23,955 nucleotides of DNA from Elusimicrobiales bacterium (lineage in GTDB: Bacteria > Elusimicrobiota > Elusimicrobia > Elusimicrobiales > UBA9959), in NCBI GenBank assembly GCA_049972095.1, contig JBMFKQ010000025.1:1-23955 (forward strand), in the 5' to 3' direction. The position numbers and the translations under genes were made by a program. Below the pieces are notes generated by a model. The model was not told the DNA's origin. It searched no databases and worked only from the letters and a program-made list of their open reading frames with translations. This document shows positions 8,315 through 17,041 of the stretch, piece by piece (the first letter of the stretch is position 1; the number at the start of each line of letters is the position of its first letter).

Positions 8315-9415
8315 ATGAGGGTTAGAGAAGCAGAGATCAAAGAGTTTATTGAATTCCCTTATAATCTTTATAAAAGGACAACTCAATGGGTTGGTGATCT
8401 CAAAACAAATGTTATTTCACTTCTTTCCTTGTCTCATCCTTTCTGGAAAAAAGCAGAGAGAAAACTTTTTGTTGTAGAAGATTTAGGAAAGATAAAGGGG
8501 AGAATTGCTGCGATAATTAATCATGCTTATAATGAGTTTTGGAATGAGAGGTGTTGTTTTTTTGGTTTTTTTGATGTGGAAAATGATTTGCGTTTAGCAT
8601 CCCTTCTTTTCAGTGAGGTTGAAAGATATGCTGCATGTAAGGGGATGAGGATTCTAAGAGGTCCTGCAAACCCATCGAGCAACTATACATGGGGTCTTCT
8701 TGTTGAGAATTTTGAACTTCCAAATCGTATAATGATGCCTTACAATTTTCCTTATTATGAAGGGCTTATTTTGAAAAATGGATATGTTAAAGAGAAGGAT
8801 CTATATGCCTTTGAGTGGAAGGCGTCAAGCATGTCAGTTTTTAGTAGTGATTTTATTGAAAAGATAAGGAGGAGAAACTCTGATGTAGTTATAGAGAATG
8901 CTGATCTTTCACACTTAGAACGAGTGTTTGATGATGTTAAAAGTGTCTATAACAAGGCGTGGGAGAATAACTGGGGATTTGTGCCGATGAGCGATGATGA
9001 GATCAGGGTAATGGCCCAGGAGCTAAAAACAATACTGAAAAACGATTATCTCATATTTGCAAGGAATAAAAAAGGAGAAGCGGTTGCTTTTTCACTTTTG
9101 CTTCCTGATTTTAATTATGCCCTTTCTGTTGTTAGGGGAAGAATAACACCATTAAATTTTCTGCCTTTTCTGTGGCGATATCTGTTTGGTATAAAGGGTG
9201 GAAGGATGCTTACACTTGGTGTTAATAGAGAATACAGAGGAAGGGGTATAGAGATTCTTATAATAATGAAGGCTATTGAGATAGTAAGGAAGCTTGGATG
9301 GGAATGGGCGGAGCTGTCATGGACTCTTGAGGATAATATAAAGATAAACAAGACAATAGAAAGATTTGGAGGCAGGCTTTATAAAAAATACAGAATATTT
9401 AGGAAGGATATATGA
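8315..9415 (+). CDS. GNAT-fold N-acyltransferase, YghO-like / bacterial ceramide synthase-like
   Basis: FIEFPYNLY, GRIAA, FFGFFD, RGP, GLLVENF..P..MMPYNFPYY, YNKAWENNWGFVPM, LGV..EYRGRG (acyl-CoA binding), ELSWTLEDN, YKKYRIF. Confidence 0.75.
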   Translation: MRVREAEIKEFIEFPYNLYKRTTQWVGDLKTNVISLLSLSHPFWKKAERKLFVVEDLGKIKGRIAAIINHAYNEFWNERCCFFGFFDVENDLRLASLLFSEVERYAACKGMRILRGPANPSSNYTWGLLVENFELPNRIMMPYNFPYYEGLILKNGYVKEKDLYAFEWKASSMSVFSSDFIEKIRRRNSDVVIENADLSHLERVFDDVKSVYNKAWENNWGFVPMSDDEIRVMAQELKTILKNDYLIFARNKKGEAVAFSLLLPDFNYALSVVRGRITPLNFLPFLWRYLFGIKGGRMLTLGVNREYRGRGIEILIIMKAIEIVRKLGWEWAELSWTLEDNIKINKTIERFGGRLYKKYRIFRKDI

Positions 9416-9555
9416 TTTTTAAGGATTGTATTTGTCTGCAAAGAAAATGTTTAAAAGATAAGAAGTATCATTAAGAATCTTTTGAAAAATCTCAGATATA
9501 TCTGTTATTACAAAAAATTTAGATAAAAAACTGTAAAAAAAATTTAACAGAGGTC

Positions 9556-9564
9556 TGTTATAAT
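9556..9564 (+). promoter_or_regulatory. Extended -10 promoter (TGnTATAAT)
   Basis: TGTTATAAT in the largest intergenic gap of the window, upstream of the HD-GYP gene. Confidence 0.6.
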
Positions 9565-9571
9565 CTTGTTT

Positions 9572-9649
9572 ATGAAGATTGTTTCAGATCCTAAAAAGAG
9601 TGGTATAAAACCAGAAACAGGGACTTCACCTTCAATAAGAGGATTGTAG
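9572..9649 (+). CDS. Possible 25-aa leaderless small ORF (MKIVSDPKKSGIKPETGTSPSIRGL)
   Basis: ATG 7 nt after TATAAT; its TAG overlaps the GTG start of the next gene. No homology evidence. Confidence 0.3.
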   Translation: MKIVSDPKKSGIKPETGTSPSIRGL

Positions 9650-10671
9650 TGGATGAAAAAAATGATGATAGGAAGGAGGGCTTGATTGTGGAGGGAAAAC
9701 ACCTTGAATACGATGAGGTAGAGTTTGAGAGAAGCCTTCAGATATACTCTAATCTGCTTAAAAGCTTCTCAGAGTTTCTCAAATTGATCTCAGATGCATC
9801 TTATATACATGCCTTAGATACTGTAAGATATATGTCATCTCTGATCTATAATGAGATTTCTAATCCCTATTTCCCAATTTTTCTTAAATATCTTACTCCA
9901 AGAAACTATGTTATATCTCATTCAGTTAATCTTGCATATTTGAGTGGTTTGGTTTCATTATTTTGTTGTAAGCTTAGTGAAAGCGAGATAAAGAATAATA
10001 TAATATCGGCTCTCTGTGTTGATATAGCAATGCCCCTTTATAGAAATATATATGAGCAAGAAAAACAGCTAACATCATATGAAAGGGAGGTGATAAAATC
10101 TCATGTTAAAGAAGGGGCTGATATCTCAGAAAAGATATTTGCGTTTGAGCCGGATATCAGAGATTATGTTTATAATACGGTTATGAACTCCCATGAGAGA
10201 TGTGATGGAAGTGGATATTTTTCAAAGAAATGTGATGAGATACCACTTTCTTCCCTTATTATTGGGATGTGTGATTTTTATGAGGCTCTTTCAAAGCCAA
10301 GGGCTTGGCGAAGACGGTTTAGTGAGCCAGAGATTATAGATCTTTTGAGCACAAAATACAAAAATCTCTTTGCTCCTCAGCTATTTAAAGGGCTTGTTTC
10401 ATCCCTTGGAATTTATCCAGCTGGTTCGTTTGTTAGGCTTTCAACTGGAGAGATCGCGGAGATTATCTTTGCAAACAGGGATAAAATGCTAAAACCAACT
10501 GTAAAAGTTATTGCAGATCCATCTTTTCATATCGTTAAACCATATATTCTAAACCTTATGGATTATCCTCTTATATCAGTGGAGTCGTATATAAAATGGC
10601 AGGATATTGAATCAAATAATCATGAGCTTATGGCAAAAATTGAAATGGAAAGGTTATGGATAGATTGGTAA
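9649..10671 (+). CDS. HD-GYP domain protein, degenerate
   Basis: HSVNLA, ALCVDI (HD position), HVKEG, SHERCDGSGYF, CDFYEAL..PR, LGIYPAGSFVRLSTGEIA tail; AGAGGA SD before GTG. Confidence 0.85.
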   Translation: MDEKNDDRKEGLIVEGKHLEYDEVEFERSLQIYSNLLKSFSEFLKLISDASYIHALDTVRYMSSLIYNEISNPYFPIFLKYLTPRNYVISHSVNLAYLSGLVSLFCCKLSESEIKNNIISALCVDIAMPLYRNIYEQEKQLTSYEREVIKSHVKEGADISEKIFAFEPDIRDYVYNTVMNSHERCDGSGYFSKKCDEIPLSSLIIGMCDFYEALSKPRAWRRRFSEPEIIDLLSTKYKNLFAPQLFKGLVSSLGIYPAGSFVRLSTGEIAEIIFANRDKMLKPTVKVIADPSFHIVKPYILNLMDYPLISVESYIKWQDIESNNHELMAKIEMERLWIDW

Positions 10672-11030
10672 GGGTTTTAGTTATATCAGATGAGGAATAT
10701 GTCAGAGAAAGGGTTGGAGGAATACTTGATGAGCTTAAGCTTAATTATGATCTTGCTTGTAATGCAAAAATTGCAAAAGAGAAACTCCTTTCTCCCTATG
10801 ATATAGTTATCTCTGATGCCCTCATATGGGGGATGAGCGCTATTGAGGTTGTTGAGAGTGTGAAAAAGATAAGAAAGGATGTATGTATTATAGTGATGTG
10901 TGATCTATCAACGACGGATATTGGAGAAAGGTGCATAAAAAATGGTGCTTTTGCTTATGTTATAAAGCCACCAGACATAGAAAGGATAAAAAGCTATGTG
11001 GAGCTCTATCTCATTACAAAAAGCGCCTGA
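10656..11030 (+). CDS. Single-domain response regulator receiver (CheY-like)
   Basis: VLVISDE, YDIVISD (phospho-acceptor Asp), GMSA, GAFAYVIKP. Confidence 0.8.
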   Translation: MDRLVRVLVISDEEYVRERVGGILDELKLNYDLACNAKIAKEKLLSPYDIVISDALIWGMSAIEVVESVKKIRKDVCIIVMCDLSTTDIGERCIKNGAFAYVIKPPDIERIKSYVELYLITKSA

Positions 11031-11703
11031 ATCAACAGCTATTATATGTATTGAACCTGTGCTTAAAGAAAAGATAAAGGAATTAAGGAGGGTTCTTATT
11101 TGTGGGGAAAAGAGGCTTTATGAGAAGGTTTATGAGATGGCTGCTATTGAGCAGTCAATTAAAGGTTTCTATTCCGCTTTTTATGAAAAGCTTGGGGTTT
11201 ATGAGATATTACTCAGAAGACTTAAAAATAGATTTTGGGGCATAAAGGATGATGAAAAAAAAGAGGAGAAAAAAGTTTTTTATGTTGATGAGGGGATGCT
11301 AAAGAAGGTTTTTAGAAAGCTTGCAAAACTTTATCATCCAGACAGATACAAGAATATAACGGATGAGGAAAAGGCTTTTTTTGAGATGAGGATGTCAGAG
11401 GCAAATAAATATTTTGAAAAGAAAGATTTGAATGCCCTTCTATCCATGCTTGAGCAGGCAATGGCTGAGGTCTGTGATGATATGCCATCACATCAAAGAA
11501 TAAGGATACTTGAGCTTAGAATCTCTGCTGTTAAAGAGCTTAATGAAATATATCAGGCAAAGATTGATGAGTTAAAAAGGAATGATATATACATACTTAT
11601 GAGAATGAAGCCCGATGAGAGGGAAAAGGAGATAGCAAGAAAAAGAAGACTTCTTCTTTCTGAGATAGAAATATATTCAAAGCTTGTAAGAGCAAAGCTT
11701 TAA
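10996..11703 (+). CDS. Coiled-coil protein with a central J-domain (HPD)
   Basis: LKKVFRKLAKLYHPDR...MSEANKY. True start uncertain; may be GTG near 11059. Confidence 0.75.
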   Translation: MWSSISLQKAPESTAIICIEPVLKEKIKELRRVLICGEKRLYEKVYEMAAIEQSIKGFYSAFYEKLGVYEILLRRLKNRFWGIKDDEKKEEKKVFYVDEGMLKKVFRKLAKLYHPDRYKNITDEEKAFFEMRMSEANKYFEKKDLNALLSMLEQAMAEVCDDMPSHQRIRILELRISAVKELNEIYQAKIDELKRNDIYILMRMKPDEREKEIARKRRLLLSEIEIYSKLVRAKL

Positions 11704-11723
11704 AAGTTGTAAAATATTTTTTT

Positions 11724-12470
11724 ATGATTGTTAAGAAAAGCAAGGGATATAGGATTGCCTTTCTTGTTTCTTTTCTTTTTTCTATATACAGTTCTGCTAT
11801 ACTTTTTATGCATTTTCAGGCAAGATATGTAAATGGCTTTCTTTTAAATGATTTTAGAATAATTGCATCTTTAAGCTCTATTTGGGATGATAAAACTGTT
11901 TCTCAGATATCAGCTATAAGAGGGGTAAAGAATGTTAGGGTTGTTAAATCAGAGGAGCTGATGAAAAGGCTTGAGAGTGAAGATAAAGAGCTCTATTTTT
12001 CAATAAAATCTCTTTCCAAAAACCCTGTTCCAGATATTGTTGAGATAGAAGTTGATGATATGTATTTTGGTTATGCTGAAAACATAGTTAAAGAGCTATC
12101 TTTGGTTAATGGAGTTGAGGAGATAAGATATAGGCCGGATGAGCTTGTTGCCATAATGCATACAGAGTTTTACATGAGATTTCTGATGTTTGTTTTTTCA
12201 ATGAGTCTTTCAATTATCTTTCTTATGATCCTTTTCTCTGCTTTTCACAGTGGATTTAAGGGGTTTATCTCATCGGTTATTGAATCTTCAAAATGGTTTT
12301 TAAACGGGGTTGCTGCGGGAGCTATTGGAGTGATTTTTGTCTATATAATAGTTATACCTCTTAAAAACCTAAGTGTTTTATGGAGCTGGTTTGAATGGTA
12401 TTATACGCTATGTATAATTATGTGTAGTGGTTTTATAGGCTGGGTTTTCTTTCAATGGAAAAAAGACTGA
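11724..12470 (+). CDS. ftsX: FtsX-like permease (divergent)
   Basis: TM1, extracytoplasmic domain with GVKNVRVVKSEE, NPVPDIVEI and GVEEIRY motifs, three more TM segments; lies directly before envC and ctpA. Confidence 0.65.
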   Translation: MIVKKSKGYRIAFLVSFLFSIYSSAILFMHFQARYVNGFLLNDFRIIASLSSIWDDKTVSQISAIRGVKNVRVVKSEELMKRLESEDKELYFSIKSLSKNPVPDIVEIEVDDMYFGYAENIVKELSLVNGVEEIRYRPDELVAIMHTEFYMRFLMFVFSMSLSIIFLMILFSAFHSGFKGFISSVIESSKWFLNGVAAGAIGVIFVYIIVIPLKNLSVLWSWFEWYYTLCIIMCSGFIGWVFFQWKKD

Positions 12471-13594
12471 TAATATCCTTTAGCCTTATAACCATTTCTT
12501 TTTTGTCTCTTTGGGCACAGGATGGTAAGTATTCTGCTACTTACAAGAAACTTGAAGAGATAAAGAGACAGCTTAGTGAGAAAAGCAAGGAGTATGATGA
12601 TTATATGAAAAAATACAACGAGGCGCTTGAAACAATGAGGAAATTGAAGATTACTCAAGCTGACTATACCTTAAAAAAAAAGGAGTATGAAAACTTAATT
12701 GAGTCTATCAATAGAAAGATATTAGAAAACAGGCGTCAGTATGAGATGCTTATGAAACTTCAGAAAGAGATTTCTGATGATGCTGGTGTTGATTTTAGAA
12801 AACTATATCTTTCAAGATTTTCTACTTCATTTTTTTATGGTAGATACGATATAATAAAGGATATGATAATCAGAAATATGATAATTGAAAGAAAAAAAAT
12901 GGTTGATTCTATAAAAGGGAAAAAAAGAATTTTTATGGAAGGTATTATGAATCTTTCTAAAAAAAATGAGATTATAGCTAAAAGAAAGACTGAAACCGAA
13001 GTGGCAATTAAAAGAGGTTTTGAGATGATAAGGAAAAAGGAAAGAGATCTTCACATAACTGATGAGAAGCTTAAAAGAATTAGGGATGAAATTGATGAGC
13101 TTAATAGAACAGCTAAGGAGCTAACACAGTTGATAAAAGAGATAGAAAAGAGATCGCCTTATAAAAAGGATTATATTTCATCAATTAGTATTGAAAAAAA
13201 ATCTCTTCCCTGGCCATGTATAGGAAGTGTTGTCTCAAGGTTTGGTAAGGAGTATGTTGAAGAACTTAAAACCTGGATTGTAAATGATGGGATAAAGATA
13301 AAAACAAACTCAGTTTCTTCTGTGAGAGCTGTTATGAAGGGTAGGGTTGTATATAGCGGGAGGTTTAGAGGGTATGGGAATATTGTGATTGTAGAACATG
13401 ATGATGGAATTTTTACAACATATGGTTTTTTGAGTGAGGTTTATGTTAAATCTGGTGATGAGGTGAGTGATATTAGTGAGATTGGAAAAACTGGAAAGGA
13501 TGAAAGAGGCTTTGACACTGATAATAGCACGATTTTGTATTTTGAGATAAGAAAGGGTGATACACCTCTTGATCCACTTATTTATCTTAAATAG
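12455..13594 (+). CDS. envC: Murein hydrolase activator EnvC family (coiled coil + degenerate M23)
   Basis: Signal peptide, long coiled coil, LPWP..G.VVSRFG, NDGIKI, GYGNIVIVEH, LYFEIR..PLDP; zinc ligands absent, as expected for EnvC. Confidence 0.85.
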   Translation: MEKRLIISFSLITISFLSLWAQDGKYSATYKKLEEIKRQLSEKSKEYDDYMKKYNEALETMRKLKITQADYTLKKKEYENLIESINRKILENRRQYEMLMKLQKEISDDAGVDFRKLYLSRFSTSFFYGRYDIIKDMIIRNMIIERKKMVDSIKGKKRIFMEGIMNLSKKNEIIAKRKTETEVAIKRGFEMIRKKERDLHITDEKLKRIRDEIDELNRTAKELTQLIKEIEKRSPYKKDYISSISIEKKSLPWPCIGSVVSRFGKEYVEELKTWIVNDGIKIKTNSVSSVRAVMKGRVVYSGRFRGYGNIVIVEHDDGIFTTYGFLSEVYVKSGDEVSDISEIGKTGKDERGFDTDNSTILYFEIRKGDTPLDPLIYLK

Positions 13595-13610
13595 GTTGTA
13601 AGGAGATGCT

Positions 13611-14876
13611 ATGAGAAAAAAAATAATCATAAGTCTTATAATAGCTGTTAGTGTTGGTATGATGCTTCCTTATGTGGATTATGCAATAGATTCAACCTAT
13701 CAGAAGATAAAGGTTTTTGTTGAGGCATTTGAGCTGATAAAAGATAACTATGTTGAGGAAAGGCGTGATGAGGATCTGATATATTCAGCAATAAGTGGTA
13801 TGGTTAGCTCCCTTGATGATTTCTCACAGTTTCTCAAACCATCGGCATATGAAAAACTCAAGGATGATACTGAGGGTGAGTTTGGTGGGATAGGTATAAG
13901 GATAGGAAGAAAGGAGGGTTGGCCTGTTGTGGTGACTCCTCTTCCTAATACACCTGCCTTTAAGGCAAGGATATATCCCGGCGACAGAATAATAAAGATT
14001 GAAGGGGAATCAACTGAAAATATGTCAGATGATGAGGTTGTGGATAAACTAAGAGGAAAACCAGGCACAAAGGTTAAGATAACGCTTGCCAGAGAGCCTA
14101 AAAAGAGTGATGAGGAATGGCAGATTTTTGATGTTGAGCTGACCAGAGCCGTAATCAAGGTTGAGGCTATTGCCTCAAGAATGCTGGATTTAGAAACAGG
14201 GCTTATCAGGATAATTGAGTTTTCTGCACATGCATATGAGGATTTTAAGAAGGCTATCAGTGATCTTGAGAAAAAAGGGATGAAAAGGCTTATAATTGAT
14301 CTCAGATACAATCCTGGGGGACTTCTCAACTCAAGCATTGATATAGCAAAGCTCTTTATTAGTGATGAAAAGATGATAGTTTATACAAAAGGAAGAACAA
14401 AAGATGATTACTTTGAATACAAGGCAGACAAGGATGCAAAATATCCTAATATACCATTAGTTGTTCTTGTAAACAGATACTCAGCCTCAGCAAGCGAGAT
14501 ACTTGCAGGTGCATTAAAGGATAATAAAAGAGCTGTAATTGTTGGGGAAAACACTTTTGGTAAAGCAAGTGTTCAAACCCTTCTTCAGCTTTCAGATGGC
14601 TGTGCTATTAGACTTACCGTTGCTAAATACTACACACCCTCTGGTCTTATGATACAGAGAGACTCAAAAACAGGAAAGGGTGGGATAAATCCTGATGTTG
14701 AGGTTAAACTTTCAAAAGATGAAGAGCTGAAAATATATGAAAATATGCAAGAGATATATTATCCTGACGAAAAGTTAAAACCAAAGAAATCACAAGAAGG
14801 GTTAAAGGATCCTGTTATAGAAAAGGCACTTGAGGTTTTTAAGATGATGGAGGTTTTAAAAAGGGTTGCTACATAG
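13611..14876 (+). CDS. ctpA: Carboxy-terminal processing protease, S41 family with PDZ domain
   Basis: GEFGGIGI (PDZ), IDLRYNPGGLL, SASASEI, TFGKASVQ, LTVAKYYTPSG; AGGAG SD. Confidence 0.93.
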   Translation: MRKKIIISLIIAVSVGMMLPYVDYAIDSTYQKIKVFVEAFELIKDNYVEERRDEDLIYSAISGMVSSLDDFSQFLKPSAYEKLKDDTEGEFGGIGIRIGRKEGWPVVVTPLPNTPAFKARIYPGDRIIKIEGESTENMSDDEVVDKLRGKPGTKVKITLAREPKKSDEEWQIFDVELTRAVIKVEAIASRMLDLETGLIRIIEFSAHAYEDFKKAISDLEKKGMKRLIIDLRYNPGGLLNSSIDIAKLFISDEKMIVYTKGRTKDDYFEYKADKDAKYPNIPLVVLVNRYSASASEILAGALKDNKRAVIVGENTFGKASVQTLLQLSDGCAIRLTVAKYYTPSGLMIQRDSKTGKGGINPDVEVKLSKDEELKIYENMQEIYYPDEKLKPKKSQEGLKDPVIEKALEVFKMMEVLKRVAT

Positions 14877-14880
14877 TTGT

Positions 14881-15867
14881 ATGAGAATTCTGGCAATAGA
14901 AACGAGCTGTGATGAGACATCGGTTGCTGTTGTTGAAGGAAGAAGTATTGTTTATCACAAGATTTGTTCTCAGGTCCCTCATCATAAAAAATACAGTGGT
15001 GTTGTACCTGAAATTGCAAGCAGACTTCATGCTCGCGTTATAGCAGATATTATTAAAAAAGGCTTGGTTAAAAAACCACATGTTGTTGGCTTTACAAGAG
15101 GGCCTGGTCTTAAAGGTTCGCTTCTTGTTGGCAAGATTGCTGCGATGTGTGTTGGAGGTTATTTTGGCTCCAAGATAGTGGGTGTAAACCATCTTGAAGG
15201 GCATCTTCTTTCATGTGACATTGAGGATAACTTTGTAAATGATCTTCTTGAATTTCCGCTTGTTGCTCTTATAGTCTCTGGTGGTCACACTGAGCTTTGG
15301 TATTCACAAGGATATGGCATGTATAAAAGAATCGGTAGAACAAGGGATGATGCCTGCGGAGAGGCTTTTGATAAGGTTGCAAGAATAATTGGGCTTGGTT
15401 ATCCGGGCGGTCCTGAGATAGAGAAATATGCTAATAAAGCAAAAAAGGGTTATATTAGCTTTAGCGTGCCTAATGTCCCATACAGTCTTGATTATTCTTT
15501 CAGCGGGATAAAAACTCAGGTTATGTATTATGTAAGAGAGATGAAAAGAATAACTGATTGTGATAGATATGAAATAGCATATGCTTTTCAAAATGCTGTG
15601 TGTGAGAGTCTTGTTAAGAAACTTGAGATTGCAGCAAAAAGATTTAGGGTTAAAAATCTGGCTGTGTGTGGGGGAGTTTCTGCAAATTCTTATTTAAGAC
15701 AGCTTATTAAAAAAAGATTTAAAGAATACAAGGTTTATATGCCACATATTAAATATACATCTGATAATGCTGCAATGATAGCTGCATGCATTATTAGACG
15801 CCTTGAAAGGGGACGATTTAAAAACTCTCTTGATATAGATGACTGCCTTGTTATAGAGAATTGGTAA
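14881..15867 (+). CDS. tsaD: tRNA N6-threonylcarbamoyladenosine transferase
   Basis: ILAIETSCDET, GVVPEIASRLH, GPGL, NHLEGH, VSGGHT, DDACGEAFDK, GGVSAN, DNAAMIA. Start at ATG 14881. Confidence 0.95.
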   Translation: MRILAIETSCDETSVAVVEGRSIVYHKICSQVPHHKKYSGVVPEIASRLHARVIADIIKKGLVKKPHVVGFTRGPGLKGSLLVGKIAAMCVGGYFGSKIVGVNHLEGHLLSCDIEDNFVNDLLEFPLVALIVSGGHTELWYSQGYGMYKRIGRTRDDACGEAFDKVARIIGLGYPGGPEIEKYANKAKKGYISFSVPNVPYSLDYSFSGIKTQVMYYVREMKRITDCDRYEIAYAFQNAVCESLVKKLEIAAKRFRVKNLAVCGGVSANSYLRQLIKKRFKEYKVYMPHIKYTSDNAAMIAACIIRRLERGRFKNSLDIDDCLVIENW

Positions 15868-15870
15868 GAT

Positions 15871-17037
15871 ATGAAACTTTGGATACTGAGTGATTATAAT
15901 TCAAAGAAATACTATTTTTACAAAAGATTTAGCGATTTGTTGAGATCATCAAAGAATATAAATATTGAGATTGATATAAAATCAAAAGAAAATCTTTGGA
16001 TGAGTATATTTTATTTTTTTGAGAACCCAACACTTAAACTTGCTGATGTTATAGAAATACCACATCAATGGACAACACTTGTCTCAAAGCTTGGAGTTGC
16101 TTTGCCACTTTTGTCTGTGATGGATGAGGATATCACTAACAGATTATATCCTTTTATGAAAAAGACAATGATATGCGAAGCAACTGATAAACTTTTTTCG
16201 CTTCCGGTATGGTTTGAAATCCTTGTTATGTTTTACAGAAAGGATATGATAAAACCTTTCGCATCATCTTCTGAGATGAAGGATCTTAAATGGAATGATA
16301 TATTCATACTTTGCGATAAACTTAAAAAAAGATATAGGCAGAAGTACTATTTTCCTTTCGAAAATCCGAATATTGAGGGTTATATAGGTTCTGATGAGAT
16401 GCTTGGATGTGTTATGAACAGATCAAGCGGTTATTTTTCATCTGATATGACTATGATAAATCTTCATCGTGATGAGGTTTTGGTGTCAGTGCTTGATTTT
16501 CTTTCTCTTGCTCAAAAAAAATACTATCCACTTTTTGAAGAAAATTTTTTTGAGATTGGTTTTATAAGAAGAGGACTTAGCAGTATGCTTTTCAGTTTCA
16601 GAAGAGACATAAAAGATGATGGGATGATCTGTGTGAGATTTCCGGATATAATGAGAGCAAAGGAGATTGCAAGAGCAAGCTCATTTTTCTTTTTTTCAGG
16701 TTCAAATAATCTTGATGAGATAAAAGCTTTTGTAAGTGAGTTTTATACCCCATCCAATCTACTTGAGTTAGCTAAGATAGTTGGCGCATTCTCCCCGTTT
16801 AAAAATTCACATCTGGAGCTCATTGGAGATAAGGAATCCTCTTTTTATGATGAGCTTTTTGAGAAGATAGAATTTATCCCAAACATATATATATACCCTA
16901 CATTTGAAAGGATGATGAATGAGTTTTTAAGAGAACAGGCAGAAAATATAGTCAACTCAAGATACAAAGTTGATGATGTTAAAAAAAGACTTGGTGAGAT
17001 AAAGGTGTTGTGTGAATATTTGATGAGCTCTTACTGA
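15871..17037 (+). CDS. Solute-binding-protein family 1 (sugar-binding) fold protein without a signal peptide
   Basis: ADVIEIPHQW..LVSKLGVALPL and KLFSLPVWFEILVMFYRKDM...W.D resemble SBP family 1 motifs; no hydrophobic N-terminus or lipobox. Confidence 0.55.
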   Translation: MKLWILSDYNSKKYYFYKRFSDLLRSSKNINIEIDIKSKENLWMSIFYFFENPTLKLADVIEIPHQWTTLVSKLGVALPLLSVMDEDITNRLYPFMKKTMICEATDKLFSLPVWFEILVMFYRKDMIKPFASSSEMKDLKWNDIFILCDKLKKRYRQKYYFPFENPNIEGYIGSDEMLGCVMNRSSGYFSSDMTMINLHRDEVLVSVLDFLSLAQKKYYPLFEENFFEIGFIRRGLSSMLFSFRRDIKDDGMICVRFPDIMRAKEIARASSFFFFSGSNNLDEIKAFVSEFYTPSNLLELAKIVGAFSPFKNSHLELIGDKESSFYDELFEKIEFIPNIYIYPTFERMMNEFLREQAENIVNSRYKVDDVKKRLGEIKVLCEYLMSSY

Positions 17038-17041
17038 TTTT

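Noticed and set aside
9595..9645. c-di-GMP-I riboswitch upstream of the HD-GYP gene (AAACC..GAAA..GGGAC resemblance)
   Set aside because: The following GCAAAGC and second stem are absent and I could not build the pairing; an Rfam scan would settle it.
12455..13594. Loss of M23 zinc ligands as a novelty
   Set aside because: This is the normal state of EnvC-type activators.
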